Shown here piece after piece: positions 9,255-18,208 of a stretch of 64,000 nucleotides of DNA. The stretch spans positions 1-64,000 of the forward strand of contig JAYOTF010000004.1 in assembly GCA_038150265.1 (NCBI GenBank), in the 5' to 3' direction. The first letter of the stretch is position 1. Every line of letters starts with the position of its first letter. The notes below the pieces were generated by a model. The model made no database searches, had not been told where the DNA came from, and saw only the letters and a program-made list of their open reading frames with translations. The DNA comes from Deltaproteobacteria bacterium. GTDB taxonomy: Bacteria > SAR324 > NAC60-12. Made by a program: the position numbers and the translations under genes.

Positions 9255-10316
9255 TTACCAGCGTCCGGTTTGAATGACGCGGCGGGCCTGGGTGATGAGG
9301 GCGACGACCATGCCGTTGAGGTCGGCAAAGCGGGGGTCACTGGTTTGGCCGAGGTGGAAGCGGTAGTAGATCTGCTGCATCACCACTGCCAGCCGGAACA
9401 CGCCAAAGACGTAGGCAAACATCAGGTCCTGGTCCGGAAGCGGGTTGGCCTGAAGGTACTGTTCCGCCATTTCCTGCCGAGAGAGGAACCCGGGCTCAAC
9501 GCTGGGAAGCATCCGGTACTGCTGCAGGTCTTCGGCATCCGAGGCCTCCACCCAGTATCCCAATGAACACCCCAGATCAAGAAGCGGGTCGCCGAGTGTC
9601 GTCATCTCCCAATCCAGCACGCCAATGATGTTCAGCGGCTGCTGAGGGTCCAGCACCACGTTATCGAGCTTGAAGTCGTTGTGAATGAGCGCCGACCGTG
9701 TCTCCTGCGGCAGGTGCTCCCGGAGCCAGGCAATGATGTCTGCCGCCTCAGGGACATCCGGAGTCGGCGCCCCGCCAAGACGCTTCGTCCAGCCTTCCAC
9801 CTGACGCTGCACGTATCCCTCCGGACGCCCCAGGTCACCGAGTCCTGCGGCGGCATAATCGAGCTGATGCAGCTCTGCCTGCACCTGCTGATGCTGCCGG
9901 CACAGCTCCGGACGCTGCTCGGGCGGAATCGGAAAATCCGCGGCAAGGTCCCGACGGACGATGATGCCCTGAATCCGCTCCATCACATAAAACGGAGCCC
10001 CCAGCACCGACTCATCCGCCTCATGATACAGGGGCTTCGGAGCCCGGGGAAAGTGCGGGTGCAGGGCCGACAGCACCCGGAACTCCCGCCCCATGTCGTG
10101 GGCACTCTTGGCCTTTGTGCCAAACGGCGGGCGCCGCAGCACCAACTCGCGCTCCCCCATCCGGAGGAGGTAGGTCAGGTTGGAGTATCCGGATGGAAAC
10201 TGAAGCAGTTCCAGTTCTCCTCCGAGGCCCAGCTGTTCCTGAAGCAAACGCTCCAGCACCTGGCGTTCCAGTTCTTCTCCGGGGCGCACCCCGCGGGCTT
10301 GGTCCTGTAGGGCCAT
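9255..10316 (-). CDS. APH-family phosphotransferase (ACAD10/11 N-terminal-like)
   Basis: GYSNLTY, LVLRRPP, AHDMGRE, HNDFKLDN, VLDWE. Confidence 0.9.
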   Translation of the reverse strand: MALQDQARGVRPGEELERQVLERLLQEQLGLGGELELLQFPSGYSNLTYLLRMGERELVLRRPPFGTKAKSAHDMGREFRVLSALHPHFPRAPKPLYHEADESVLGAPFYVMERIQGIIVRRDLAADFPIPPEQRPELCRQHQQVQAELHQLDYAAAGLGDLGRPEGYVQRQVEGWTKRLGGAPTPDVPEAADIIAWLREHLPQETRSALIHNDFKLDNVVLDPQQPLNIIGVLDWEMTTLGDPLLDLGCSLGYWVEASDAEDLQQYRMLPSVEPGFLSRQEMAEQYLQANPLPDQDLMFAYVFGVFRLAVVMQQIYYRFHLGQTSDPRFADLNGMVVALITQARRVIQTGRW

Positions 10317-10319
10317 GAT

Positions 10320-10736
10320 TCAACGTACCAGCAGTGTTTCCAAATCGGCCAGGGAGGCCTGTTCATCATCCAAATCATCGACGGGCGGACGCTCGCGAGC
10401 GTGCTTGCGCGCCGGTTCGCGGGTCACTTTCCGCTCCACCGGGACCTCGGGCGTGGGCTCCAGAATCGGGGCTTCCGCTGTGGCCTCCTCCGGCTCAGGC
10501 GCCTTTGCCTGAGTCAGAGGCTCCTCCACCAGGTCCGCCACCTGACGGAGTTTGTACGAGTACTGACGCCGCACATCCAGCAGGCGTCCGCCGGGGACAA
10601 AGTCCGGACTCGACTGAAATGCCTCGAAGTCCTCAATCACCATGGCGTGATCCAACGCCTCCGGCTTGAGGTAAATCAGCAACCCGGGCTCTTCTCCACG
10701 AAGCCCCTTCCCTTCGAACTTCAACCAATTGATCAT
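10320..10736 (-). CDS. Hypothetical protein, acidic low-complexity C-terminus
   Basis: 138-aa ORF with AGGAAGGA RBS; ends 3 bp before the phosphotransferase start. Confidence 0.7.
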   Translation of the reverse strand: MINWLKFEGKGLRGEEPGLLIYLKPEALDHAMVIEDFEAFQSSPDFVPGGRLLDVRRQYSYKLRQVADLVEEPLTQAKAPEPEEATAEAPILEPTPEVPVERKVTREPARKHARERPPVDDLDDEQASLADLETLLVR

Positions 10737-10779
10737 CGTTTATCCTTCCTGAAAACAAATGGACGGTCCTGGGAAAAGT

Positions 10780-10795
10780 AGCGAGAAGCATGCCA
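10780..10795 (-). promoter_or_regulatory. Putative sigma54 (-24/-12) promoter
   Basis: TGGCATGcttcTCGCT, GG-N10-GC spacing, ~45 bp upstream of 10736. Confidence 0.55.
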
Positions 10796-10843
10796 CCTCC
10801 GGACCCCGGACACGGCCCTTCTTGCCGGAGCCAAGAAAACTTC

Positions 10844-10902
10844 TTGACATCCGTGGTGGGGTGTCCGATTCTGCTTGCCCGAAACGACTAAATCCTTTTA
10901 GT
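10844..10902 (+). promoter_or_regulatory. sigma70 promoter plus LacI-type operator
   Basis: TTGACA-N17-GATTCT; palindrome ACTAAA-TCCT-TTTAGT at 10887-10902 next to the AGGAG RBS. Confidence 0.6.
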
Positions 10903-10918
10903 TTAGGAGTTTTCCCGA

Positions 10919-11911
10919 ATGACCCTTTCCCTCAAGGAAATTGCCGAAATTGCAGGCGTTTCCAAAACCACGGTCAGCATGGTGGTCAATGGCCGTGGGG
11001 AGCACTACCGAATCAGCGCCGAGACCCGCGAGCACGTGATGCGCCTGGTGGAGGAGTATGGCTACTCGCCCAACGCTCAGGCCCGGAGCCTGCGGCTGCG
11101 CAAGACCCAAACCCTGGGAGTGGTGGTCCCGGGACTCGTCAATCGCTTCTTTGCCGAGTTTGCCGAGCGCTTTGACGGGGCCGCTCGGGCGCAGGGGTAT
11201 CAGGTGTTCCTGACAGCGACCAACGATGACCTGCCGACCGAGATTGAGGTGGTCAAGAACCTGCTGTCCCGCAACATTGACGGGCTCGTCGTTGCCAGTG
11301 CAGACTCTGCGGGACGCTGGACGCCTTCCAACAAGTACCTCGCCATCCCTCGTGTGTACATCGACCGCCTGGTCGCCCGTCCGGAAGCCTCGTGGGTGGT
11401 GAGTGACGACTACGACGGCGCCTACCGGCTGGTGGACGAGCTGTGCCGACGCGGCGCCCGGGAGGTTTATTACATCGGGGGCGGCCCCCGGATTTCCACC
11501 AGCATGGACCGACGGCGCGGGGTGCAGGATGCGCTGCAGACGCACCGCCTGGAGCAACGTCCGGAGCAGATCCTCGAACGCGGGTACGACTTCCGGGACG
11601 GATACGCCATGGCCCAGCAGCTTCATGACCAGCACCCCACCCCTCCGGAGGCCCTGTTTACGGGTTCCATGACCCTCTTCGAGGGGGTGCTTCAGTACCT
11701 GCAGGAGCAGGCGCCGCTCTGGCTGGAGCACACCCGCTTTGCCACATTCGGGAAACAGCCCATGCTGGACTACCTTCCCGGCTCCATCATCTCAGCGCAC
11801 CAGGACGTGGAGAAAATGGTGGAAGCCACCCTGGAGCTGCTGCTCCGACAAATTTCAGGTGATACCGAAATTCAGCAGATCAAGATTCCGCTGAAATTTG
11901 TCTTTCGTTGA
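10919..11911 (+). CDS. LacI-family regulator (FruR/ScrR-like)
   Basis: LKEIAEIAGVSKTTVSMVVNG HTH, YSPNAQARSLR hinge, sugar-binding domain. Confidence 0.93.
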   Translation: MTLSLKEIAEIAGVSKTTVSMVVNGRGEHYRISAETREHVMRLVEEYGYSPNAQARSLRLRKTQTLGVVVPGLVNRFFAEFAERFDGAARAQGYQVFLTATNDDLPTEIEVVKNLLSRNIDGLVVASADSAGRWTPSNKYLAIPRVYIDRLVARPEASWVVSDDYDGAYRLVDELCRRGAREVYYIGGGPRISTSMDRRRGVQDALQTHRLEQRPEQILERGYDFRDGYAMAQQLHDQHPTPPEALFTGSMTLFEGVLQYLQEQAPLWLEHTRFATFGKQPMLDYLPGSIISAHQDVEKMVEATLELLLRQISGDTEIQQIKIPLKFVFR

Positions 11912-11914
11912 TTC

Positions 11915-12418
11915 ATGTCCATTCGCCCCCTCACTGAAGCCGACCTCCCGGAGGTGCAGGCCATTTACGCCCACCATGTTCAGCACGGCACCGGAACCTG
12001 GGAATGGGATCCGCCCGATCTGGCCGAAATGCAGCGCCGTGCGGTCCTCATCCAGGAGGCTCGGCTGCCGTACCTCATTGCCGAAATCCAGGGCGCTGTC
12101 GCCGGGTATGCCTACGCGGGTCCGTTTCGTCCTCGCCGGGGGTACTGCTACACGCTGGAAGATTCCGTCTACGTCCACCCCGACTTTGTGAAACAGGGAA
12201 TCGGGCACCAGTTGCTGCACGCGCTGATTGAGCAGTGCCGAGCGCTGGGGTACCGGCAGCTGGTTGCTGTCATTGGAGACTCCGCCAATGCCCCTTCGAT
12301 TGCGCTGCACCGCAAGCACGGCTTTGAAGCCTGTGGGCTCTTGCCCGGAGTCGGCTTCAAGTTTGGGCGCTTTCTGGATTCCGTCTACATGCAACTCAGC
12401 CTGCAGACGGAGGAGTAA
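11915..12418 (+). CDS. GNAT N-acetyltransferase (phosphinothricin/methionine sulfoximine acetyltransferase family)
   Basis: GYAYAGPFRPRRGY, EDSVYVHP..QGIG, NAPSIALH..GF, VGFKFGRFLD. Confidence 0.9.
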   Translation: MSIRPLTEADLPEVQAIYAHHVQHGTGTWEWDPPDLAEMQRRAVLIQEARLPYLIAEIQGAVAGYAYAGPFRPRRGYCYTLEDSVYVHPDFVKQGIGHQLLHALIEQCRALGYRQLVAVIGDSANAPSIALHRKHGFEACGLLPGVGFKFGRFLDSVYMQLSLQTEE

Positions 12419-12419
12419 G

Positions 12420-13004
12420 TTGAACCCCTCACCGACAGGCGCGCTGTTTTCTGCATGGTGGCGCTTGGGCCTCCTCCAGGCACAGGCCCGCTGGCGTCCG
12501 GCCCAGCTGTTCAATTTGGGAGAGCTGGAGGCGACGTTGCGGAGCGGCGACCCCGTCGTGCTGCTGGTTCCTCCGGAGCAGCTGCTCTACGCGTGGCATC
12601 AGCTTCGGCTCGTGGCCCAGGCAGAATTTCTGGTGTCGTGTCCGGAGTGGGAGCAGGTGAAGGACGCATGGCCGTCCACCCCCCGGCGGGTGTGGCTTCC
12701 GGAAGGAGCAGCGGCTCCGGTTCCAGAGCGTCAGACGGTGACCTGGTTTCCCTGGAGCCCAGACCGTTCCGGCCCTCCACTTCCGCTGGAAGCCTGGAGC
12801 GCGTCCGGTGCCTGGCTCTACCCGCTCTGGGCCCGCGTTCGGGGCCTGACCGAGTCAGGGCAGTCTTGGCCGGGTTGGGGAGAAAAGCCGTCGCTGTTTG
12901 TGGAGGAGCAGGGAATGCGGGTGGGTTCCGAAACCGTTACGGAGCTCCGGAACACCCTTGAGGAGCGTGTACGCCGCTTGCAGCAGGGAGCCGAGCGGGT
13001 TTAG
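12420..13004 (+). CDS. Hypothetical Trp-rich protein
   Basis: TTG after AGGAG immediately after the GNAT stop; fills the gap to the convergent fliW. Confidence 0.5.
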   Translation: MNPSPTGALFSAWWRLGLLQAQARWRPAQLFNLGELEATLRSGDPVVLLVPPEQLLYAWHQLRLVAQAEFLVSCPEWEQVKDAWPSTPRRVWLPEGAAAPVPERQTVTWFPWSPDRSGPPLPLEAWSASGAWLYPLWARVRGLTESGQSWPGWGEKPSLFVEEQGMRVGSETVTELRNTLEERVRRLQQGAERV

Positions 13005-13492
13005 GCAGCAGACTGCGCCTGGTTGGCCGGAGAGGCGTCTTCGGTCGTCTCTTCCGGAATCGGGAGCCGGTCGCCAAAGAGCGGGTGCCGCGTGGTGTAG
13101 CGTCCGTCTGGAATCACCAGCTGCATGCCGAGGCGTTTGGGCATGTTGAAGATCAGCGGGCCCTGCAGGTTGACCGTCGTCTCCCGGAAGTTCCGGGCGA
13201 TGGTGATGAGGACGCGCACCGTGATGTCGCTTTCCTCAGAGGCGTCGATCTTCTTCATCTGCTCTTCCGTCACCTCAAACTCGTAGTCGGAGGTCACAAA
13301 GTTCGGATCGATCATGACAAACGCCAGGCTCGGATTTTCCACGGACTGGAACCACTCGAAAGGCCCACCCGCTTCTTCCTCCAGCAGGACAAAGTGCCGC
13401 TCGGCGGAGAAACCCAACATCCCGTTCGGCATGTTGATGATCTGGCTGTCTGCAATTTCGACCTCACCAAAGCGAGTCGTTTGAATCTTCAT
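13001..13492 (-). CDS. fliW: Flagellar assembly factor FliW
   Basis: MKIQTTRFGEVE, GMLGF, PFEWFQS..LAFVMIDP, TVNLQGPL; adjacent to csrA. Confidence 0.95.
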   Translation of the reverse strand: MKIQTTRFGEVEIADSQIINMPNGMLGFSAERHFVLLEEEAGGPFEWFQSVENPSLAFVMIDPNFVTSDYEFEVTEEQMKKIDASEESDITVRVLITIARNFRETTVNLQGPLIFNMPKRLGMQLVIPDGRYTTRHPLFGDRLPIPEETTEDASPANQAQSAA

Positions 13493-13531
13493 GGCTCCTC
13501 AATGAGACATTAAGGTTGAGGGCTGAGGCAT

Positions 13532-13765
13532 TTAGTCCTTGTGACCGAACAGGCCTCGCAATCCTTTAATCGAGAGGGGGGATTTTTCGGCAGCCAGTCG
13601 GTTTTCTTCCTGGATGCGGATGTACACTTCCTCTCGGTGAATGACGTAGTTCCGAGGTGCATCGATCCCAATGCGCACCTGCTTTCCCTTGACTTCGATG
13701 ACCGTTACCTTGACGTCATCGCCAATTGTGATGCTCTCACCCGACTTCCTTGTCAGTATCAGCAT
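13532..13765 (-). CDS. csrA: Carbon storage regulator CsrA (FliW-type extended C-terminus)
   Basis: [35 protein letters not shown]. Confidence 0.97.
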   Translation of the reverse strand: MLILTRKSGESITIGDDVKVTVIEVKGKQVRIGIDAPRNYVIHREEVYIRIQEENRLAAEKSPLSIKGLRGLFGHKD

Positions 13766-13828
13766 TTTGCCTTGCTGGAACTTTCTGAGCCCGCACTGCG
13801 GTCAGAAGCTGTTGGCCATCTTGAACGG

Positions 13829-15133
13829 CTACCTCAGAAAGTCGGAGAGCGTGGGTTGAATGAGCCGGCTTCCGGAGTCAAGCGCCAGACGGTTGTTCAC
13901 TTCCGCGGTGTTGACATCAATGGAGGCTTTGGCGAGGTCCAGGTCCCGAACTTCTGACAGCCGTTTCTCTTTTTCAAACGCTTGGTCCTCTAACTTCGCT
14001 TGGGCGAGCTCGATCTCCTTCATGAGGTTCCCGATGTCCGCTTGGCGCTTGAGCACCTGATTCTGAGCTTTTTGTAGCTCATCTACACGTTTTGCAAGAG
14101 TAGGACCATCATTCTCAACCAGGGCCCGTTCCAGGGTCGAAAGGAGAGAAAAAACGTCGGTTTTCTCTTCCCCGGCCTCAAGCAGCACCTCCTCAGCCGT
14201 CACTCCAAGGGGCATGGAAATCCCATTTGCAATCAGGACCTCTTTTTTGTCCTCACCTCCCTGGTACGACACCTCCGGGTTCGGCGCATACAGGAACTCC
14301 AGCCCTTCCGGAAAGATGACTTCTCCATCGACGGTGAAGTCGTAGGCGTTGCCCAGGTCGATGTTGAAGTAGTCGGACATCATCTTCCCCAGCCGGCCTT
14401 CCTGGTCGGAGAACTTCAGCTTGACGCGGTCATCCGGTTTGCCATCCGGGTTGACCATTTCAATGACGGGACGCAGCACCTCGGGTTTGGTCCAGGTGCG
14501 GCCTTCATCATCGGAAAGCTGGTAGCGCGCCTGTCCGAACGGCCCCGTCTGGGTGATCCGGAGGCGGTAGTTGTTCGTCGAGTGCCCCTCAAAGTTGGCA
14601 CGGAACTGAGAGACGTCCAAAACGTCCCGGATGTCCTGCTGGATGATGTTCTTGGTCTCCACCTTGGCTGGCTGAATGGGGGAGTTCTTCACCAGCGGTT
14701 CCGTGAGGCTCTTCACGCCCGAAAAGAGGTAGAGCTTCCCCTCCTTGGCGTTTCCGGCGTCAAACATGCTCTCTCGGATCGCCGCCACCTCGCGGGCGGT
14801 CATCTGCCGAGACTCTTCATTGGCGTCACTGCCCGACTGCGAAAGCGCCAGGGTCCGGACCCGAGTCATCAGCTCCTGGATGTGGTTCAGCTCCAGTTCG
14901 CTGCGCTCCAGCCAGTTCCGGTGCTCCTGCAGGTTGAGGATGAGCTGCTCGTTGCTCGAGATCTTGGTCACGATGTCCTGCATCGTCGCGGCGCCAATGG
15001 GGTCGTCAGAGGGACGATTGAGGCGCTGCCCGGTGGCCATCTGCATCTGCGCTTCCTGCAGACGCGAGGACGTCTTCTGGATGTTGTTGAGGACCTGATC
15101 GCGGCGGCTGTTTTCCGTTACTCGCATCGTCAC
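13829..15133 (-). CDS. flgL: Flagellar hook-associated protein 3 FlgL
   Basis: MRVT..QMATGQRLNRPSDDP, YLFSG, C-terminal LIQPTLSDFLR; follows flgK. Confidence 0.92.
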   Translation of the reverse strand: MTMRVTENSRRDQVLNNIQKTSSRLQEAQMQMATGQRLNRPSDDPIGAATMQDIVTKISSNEQLILNLQEHRNWLERSELELNHIQELMTRVRTLALSQSGSDANEESRQMTAREVAAIRESMFDAGNAKEGKLYLFSGVKSLTEPLVKNSPIQPAKVETKNIIQQDIRDVLDVSQFRANFEGHSTNNYRLRITQTGPFGQARYQLSDDEGRTWTKPEVLRPVIEMVNPDGKPDDRVKLKFSDQEGRLGKMMSDYFNIDLGNAYDFTVDGEVIFPEGLEFLYAPNPEVSYQGGEDKKEVLIANGISMPLGVTAEEVLLEAGEEKTDVFSLLSTLERALVENDGPTLAKRVDELQKAQNQVLKRQADIGNLMKEIELAQAKLEDQAFEKEKRLSEVRDLDLAKASIDVNTAEVNNRLALDSGSRLIQPTLSDFLR

Positions 15134-16818
15134 ATATTGATTACGGTGTCCATCATTTCATCCACCGTTTTGATGAACCGGGCGGAGGCTTCGTAGGCTT
15201 TTTGGTACTGCACCATGTTGGTCAGCTCTTCGTCCATGTTGACGCCGCTGATGGAGTTGCGGATCTCCCGGAACTGCCGAACCATGCCCTCTTGTTGCTC
15301 CTGCTCCACCTGATTGCGGCGGATGCGCAGGCCGAGGTCGCCCAAAATGCCGTTGTAGTACTCGTCAAAGGTGATCGTCTCGTCTCTCATCGTCGGTGCC
15401 GTCTGAAGCTTGGCGATGGCCAGGGCGATCTGGTTGTCTCCGGCAATGAGGTCCTTGCCTGACGAGATCGTGTTCGGGTCCTGCAGGATGCGGTCGCTGA
15501 TGCGAATGTCCGCGGCCCCCTTGAGGGACTCGAAGAAGCTGTTGAAGCCCATCACCAGCGTCAGGTTCGTCTGATCTTCCCCGAAGATGAAGTTGTTCCC
15601 GGCTCCGCTTTGAATGAGCATGGAGCCATCGGCTTCAATGCTGGCTCGGAGCAGGTTCGGGTCTCCAACCGTCTGATTGATGCGGTTCACAATGTCGGGA
15701 AGCCGATCGGAACCGGCCTGAACCTCAATCTCGTAGGTTTCCAGGAATTCGTTATCAGGGCCCACCAGGTGCAGTTGCAGCACGCCATCGTTGAGAAACG
15801 GAAGCGGCTGCCCCTGAGCCTCCGGATGCAGCCCGTAGGTGCTCTTCATCAGGTTGGTGGCCGAGTTGATACCGGTTCCGGTCGCATGGAGCTTGTTGAT
15901 CTTGTTCGCCAGCCCAAAGGCCAGCTCGTCCATCTGCTGCATGTACCCGACGATGGTCTCGTCACGCTGCTTGAGCAGCTCCGTCAGGGTACCGGAGCGG
16001 AAGATGCGGGTGATGTCCCGGCGGTTGTTGTTGGTTGCCACGCCATCCAGGCCGACCATGCCCACTTCCCCGCCCTTCAGGGTGGGCTCCACGCCAAAGA
16101 ACTTGTCGCCCTCCACCAGGGTCCAGTCCCGGCCAATGATGACCGACGTCCGGCGGTTCGGGTTCTCAATGACATTGACGTCCACCAGCGTTGCCAGCTC
16201 CTCAATGGCCTGCGTGCGGGCATCCCGGGCATCGTTGGCCAGGCGTCCTCCCACTTCGTAGGAGAAGATCTGCCGGTTCAGTTCCGCGATGCGCTTGCCC
16301 AGGCTGTTGACCTGATCGCTGACGTCCTGAATCTTGGCGTCGGCTTCGTTACGGAGGGAAACCAGCTGGGCGTGCATCTCCCGGATTTTGGTGGCCAGCA
16401 GGTCACCTTGCTCCTGCACACGCTGACGGGCGACATCGAGCTCCGGCTGGCTGGAGAGCTGGCTCCAGGAGTTCCAGAACTCGTTCATGGCATTGCGCAA
16501 CCCCGTGGTGCCCAGGTCACCAAAGACGACTTCCATCTTGTTGAGGAACTCCCCTCGGGTCTTGAAGACCTCGGACTTCGGATTTTCCTGGATGATCTTG
16601 CGCTGAACAAACTGGTCGAAGACGCGTCCCGTGGGTTGCGCTTCCGCCCCGCCTCCGACACCGGTCGGATCCGGAGCCGCGGCTTGGGTGGAGACTTGCT
16701 GACGGGAGAAGCCTTCGGTGTTTTGGTTGGCAATGTTGTGCCCGGAGGTCTGGATCGCCCGTTGCTGGGCGTTCATGGCACGGGCGCCCAGATTGAGGGC
16801 TTGGTTGAGGCTAGGCAT
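15130..16818 (-). CDS. flgK: Flagellar hook-associated protein 1 FlgK
   Basis: GHNIANQNTEGFSRQ; SISGVNMDEELTNMVQYQKAYEASAR. Confidence 0.96.
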   Translation of the reverse strand: MPSLNQALNLGARAMNAQQRAIQTSGHNIANQNTEGFSRQQVSTQAAAPDPTGVGGGAEAQPTGRVFDQFVQRKIIQENPKSEVFKTRGEFLNKMEVVFGDLGTTGLRNAMNEFWNSWSQLSSQPELDVARQRVQEQGDLLATKIREMHAQLVSLRNEADAKIQDVSDQVNSLGKRIAELNRQIFSYEVGGRLANDARDARTQAIEELATLVDVNVIENPNRRTSVIIGRDWTLVEGDKFFGVEPTLKGGEVGMVGLDGVATNNNRRDITRIFRSGTLTELLKQRDETIVGYMQQMDELAFGLANKINKLHATGTGINSATNLMKSTYGLHPEAQGQPLPFLNDGVLQLHLVGPDNEFLETYEIEVQAGSDRLPDIVNRINQTVGDPNLLRASIEADGSMLIQSGAGNNFIFGEDQTNLTLVMGFNSFFESLKGAADIRISDRILQDPNTISSGKDLIAGDNQIALAIAKLQTAPTMRDETITFDEYYNGILGDLGLRIRRNQVEQEQQEGMVRQFREIRNSISGVNMDEELTNMVQYQKAYEASARFIKTVDEMMDTVINM

Positions 16819-16857
16819 GGGACGACGTTTCCGTTTAACCGGAGTGCGTGGAAAAAA

Positions 16858-17352
16858 TCAGACCGAGGAGCGACTGAACTTGCTCTTGCCGCTTTGTAAC
16901 TTCCCGGCCTCGGAATAAGTCTGCTGCAGGCCCTGGGCTTCAGACATGAAGCGGATGGCGGCGTTGACTGACTTCAGGCGCGACTCAGAGAGGCGCCCGT
17001 TGCGTTCCGCGCTCTGGCGAATCTGTTCCAGAAGCGAGGTCAGGCGGTGATGGCAGTCGAACAGGGCTTGCCCACGGGCACCGCCGCAGTGTTCGGCAAT
17101 TTGCCGGAGGCGGAGTTCCGGAACCGGTCGGTTCCAGTAACGGGCCAACCCCTGCACCAGGATGATGCGTTCCTGTTCGAGTTGCTCAATCCGGCGCACA
17201 ACCTGAGATTTGGCGGACTGCAGTTGCAACAGCTCGGCTCCCGAAGCCTTTCCATAGCTCTCTGCCTCTTCGTTGAGCAGGATCAGCAGCTGTTCATGCA
17301 ACTCTGCTTCGCGTTCCAGCAAAGCAGTCAGTTCGTCCAATGACTCTTCCAC
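16858..17352 (-). CDS. flgN: Flagellar export chaperone FlgN
   Basis: Helical 164 aa between flgM and flgK, C-terminal TYSEAG. Confidence 0.8.
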   Translation of the reverse strand: MEESLDELTALLEREAELHEQLLILLNEEAESYGKASGAELLQLQSAKSQVVRRIEQLEQERIILVQGLARYWNRPVPELRLRQIAEHCGGARGQALFDCHHRLTSLLEQIRQSAERNGRLSESRLKSVNAAIRFMSEAQGLQQTYSEAGKLQSGKSKFSRSSV

Positions 17353-17384
17353 AAAGTCCCTTTAAACCTGATCTGGAAGGCGGC

Positions 17385-17678
17385 TCAGGAGGTGCTTTCC
17401 TGGAGCCCTTCCTTCATGAGGTTGAGCGCCAGTTTCCTGGAGTCCACCTGGTACTCGCCGTTGCGGATGCGCTCACGGAGCTCCGCCACCTTGTCAGCAC
17501 GCACTTCCGGCTCAGCCTCAATGCGTACCTTCATCTTGTCCATTGCAAAGGAACCCGCCTTTACAACATCATTCTGCGACTGCTCGCCCCGTCCCTGTCG
17601 GGCGGAATCGGTGCCGTCTTTACGTTGCCCCCCTTTCAGGTCCTGGAGGGCGGAGGTTTGTTGTCCTGTGATCTTCAT
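17385..17678 (-). CDS. flgM: Anti-sigma28 factor FlgM
   Basis: MKI.. and PEVRADKVAELRERIRNGEYQVD. Confidence 0.92.
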   Translation of the reverse strand: MKITGQQTSALQDLKGGQRKDGTDSARQGRGEQSQNDVVKAGSFAMDKMKVRIEAEPEVRADKVAELRERIRNGEYQVDSRKLALNLMKEGLQESTS

Positions 17679-17822
17679 AGGGCCACCTTATCAATCTGCG
17701 GTTTTTCCGGAGTCAGCTCCGGAAACCCAATGTGGGTGCTCTTGGTCCGGTTCCGTCATGGTGACAGGTTCCCGGGGTGGGAGCAAGTGCGGCATCTCGG
17801 GAAGAGACCGCCTCTTGATTCC

Positions 17823-17849
17823 ACATCGGCATCTTTGCAGAAAACTTGA
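17823..17849 (-). promoter_or_regulatory. sigma28 (FliA) promoter for flgM operon
   Basis: TCAA-N15-GCCGATGT versus consensus TAAA-N15-GCCGATAA. Confidence 0.8.
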
Positions 17850-17867
17850 GCGGTTCTTTGCAAATCG

Positions 17868-18203
17868 TTAACTTTTCAGCCGCTCCTGGAGCTGCTGATA
17901 GATCATTTCGCCCAACCCCAGGCTCCCGGATTTGGCCATCTGCAACGAGCGCTGCTCATCCAGCATGGACTGGAAGGCCTTCTCGCCGCTTGATTTCGGC
18001 ATCAGGCCCGACTCCACCGTCGCCTCTCGCATCGCCGAGAGCAGCTGCTGGGTGAAGATGGCCTCAAATTCCTCACAGGCCTCCCGGAGCTTCTCATTCT
18101 GTCCGGGGCCTCCCTTCTGCGAGTTCCCCAGGGCCTCAAGGCGGTGCTGCTGTCCTGCGAGGCGGGCGGTTCCCAGTTGAGCAGTGGCTTTCAGTGAGTT
18201 CAT
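17868..18203 (-). CDS. flgJ: Rod-binding protein FlgJ (single domain, no muramidase)
   Basis: LREACEEFEAIF..MR, FQSMLDEQ, GLGEMIYQQL. Confidence 0.9.
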   Translation of the reverse strand: MNSLKATAQLGTARLAGQQHRLEALGNSQKGGPGQNEKLREACEEFEAIFTQQLLSAMREATVESGLMPKSSGEKAFQSMLDEQRSLQMAKSGSLGLGEMIYQQLQERLKS

Positions 18204-18208
18204 GGCAC

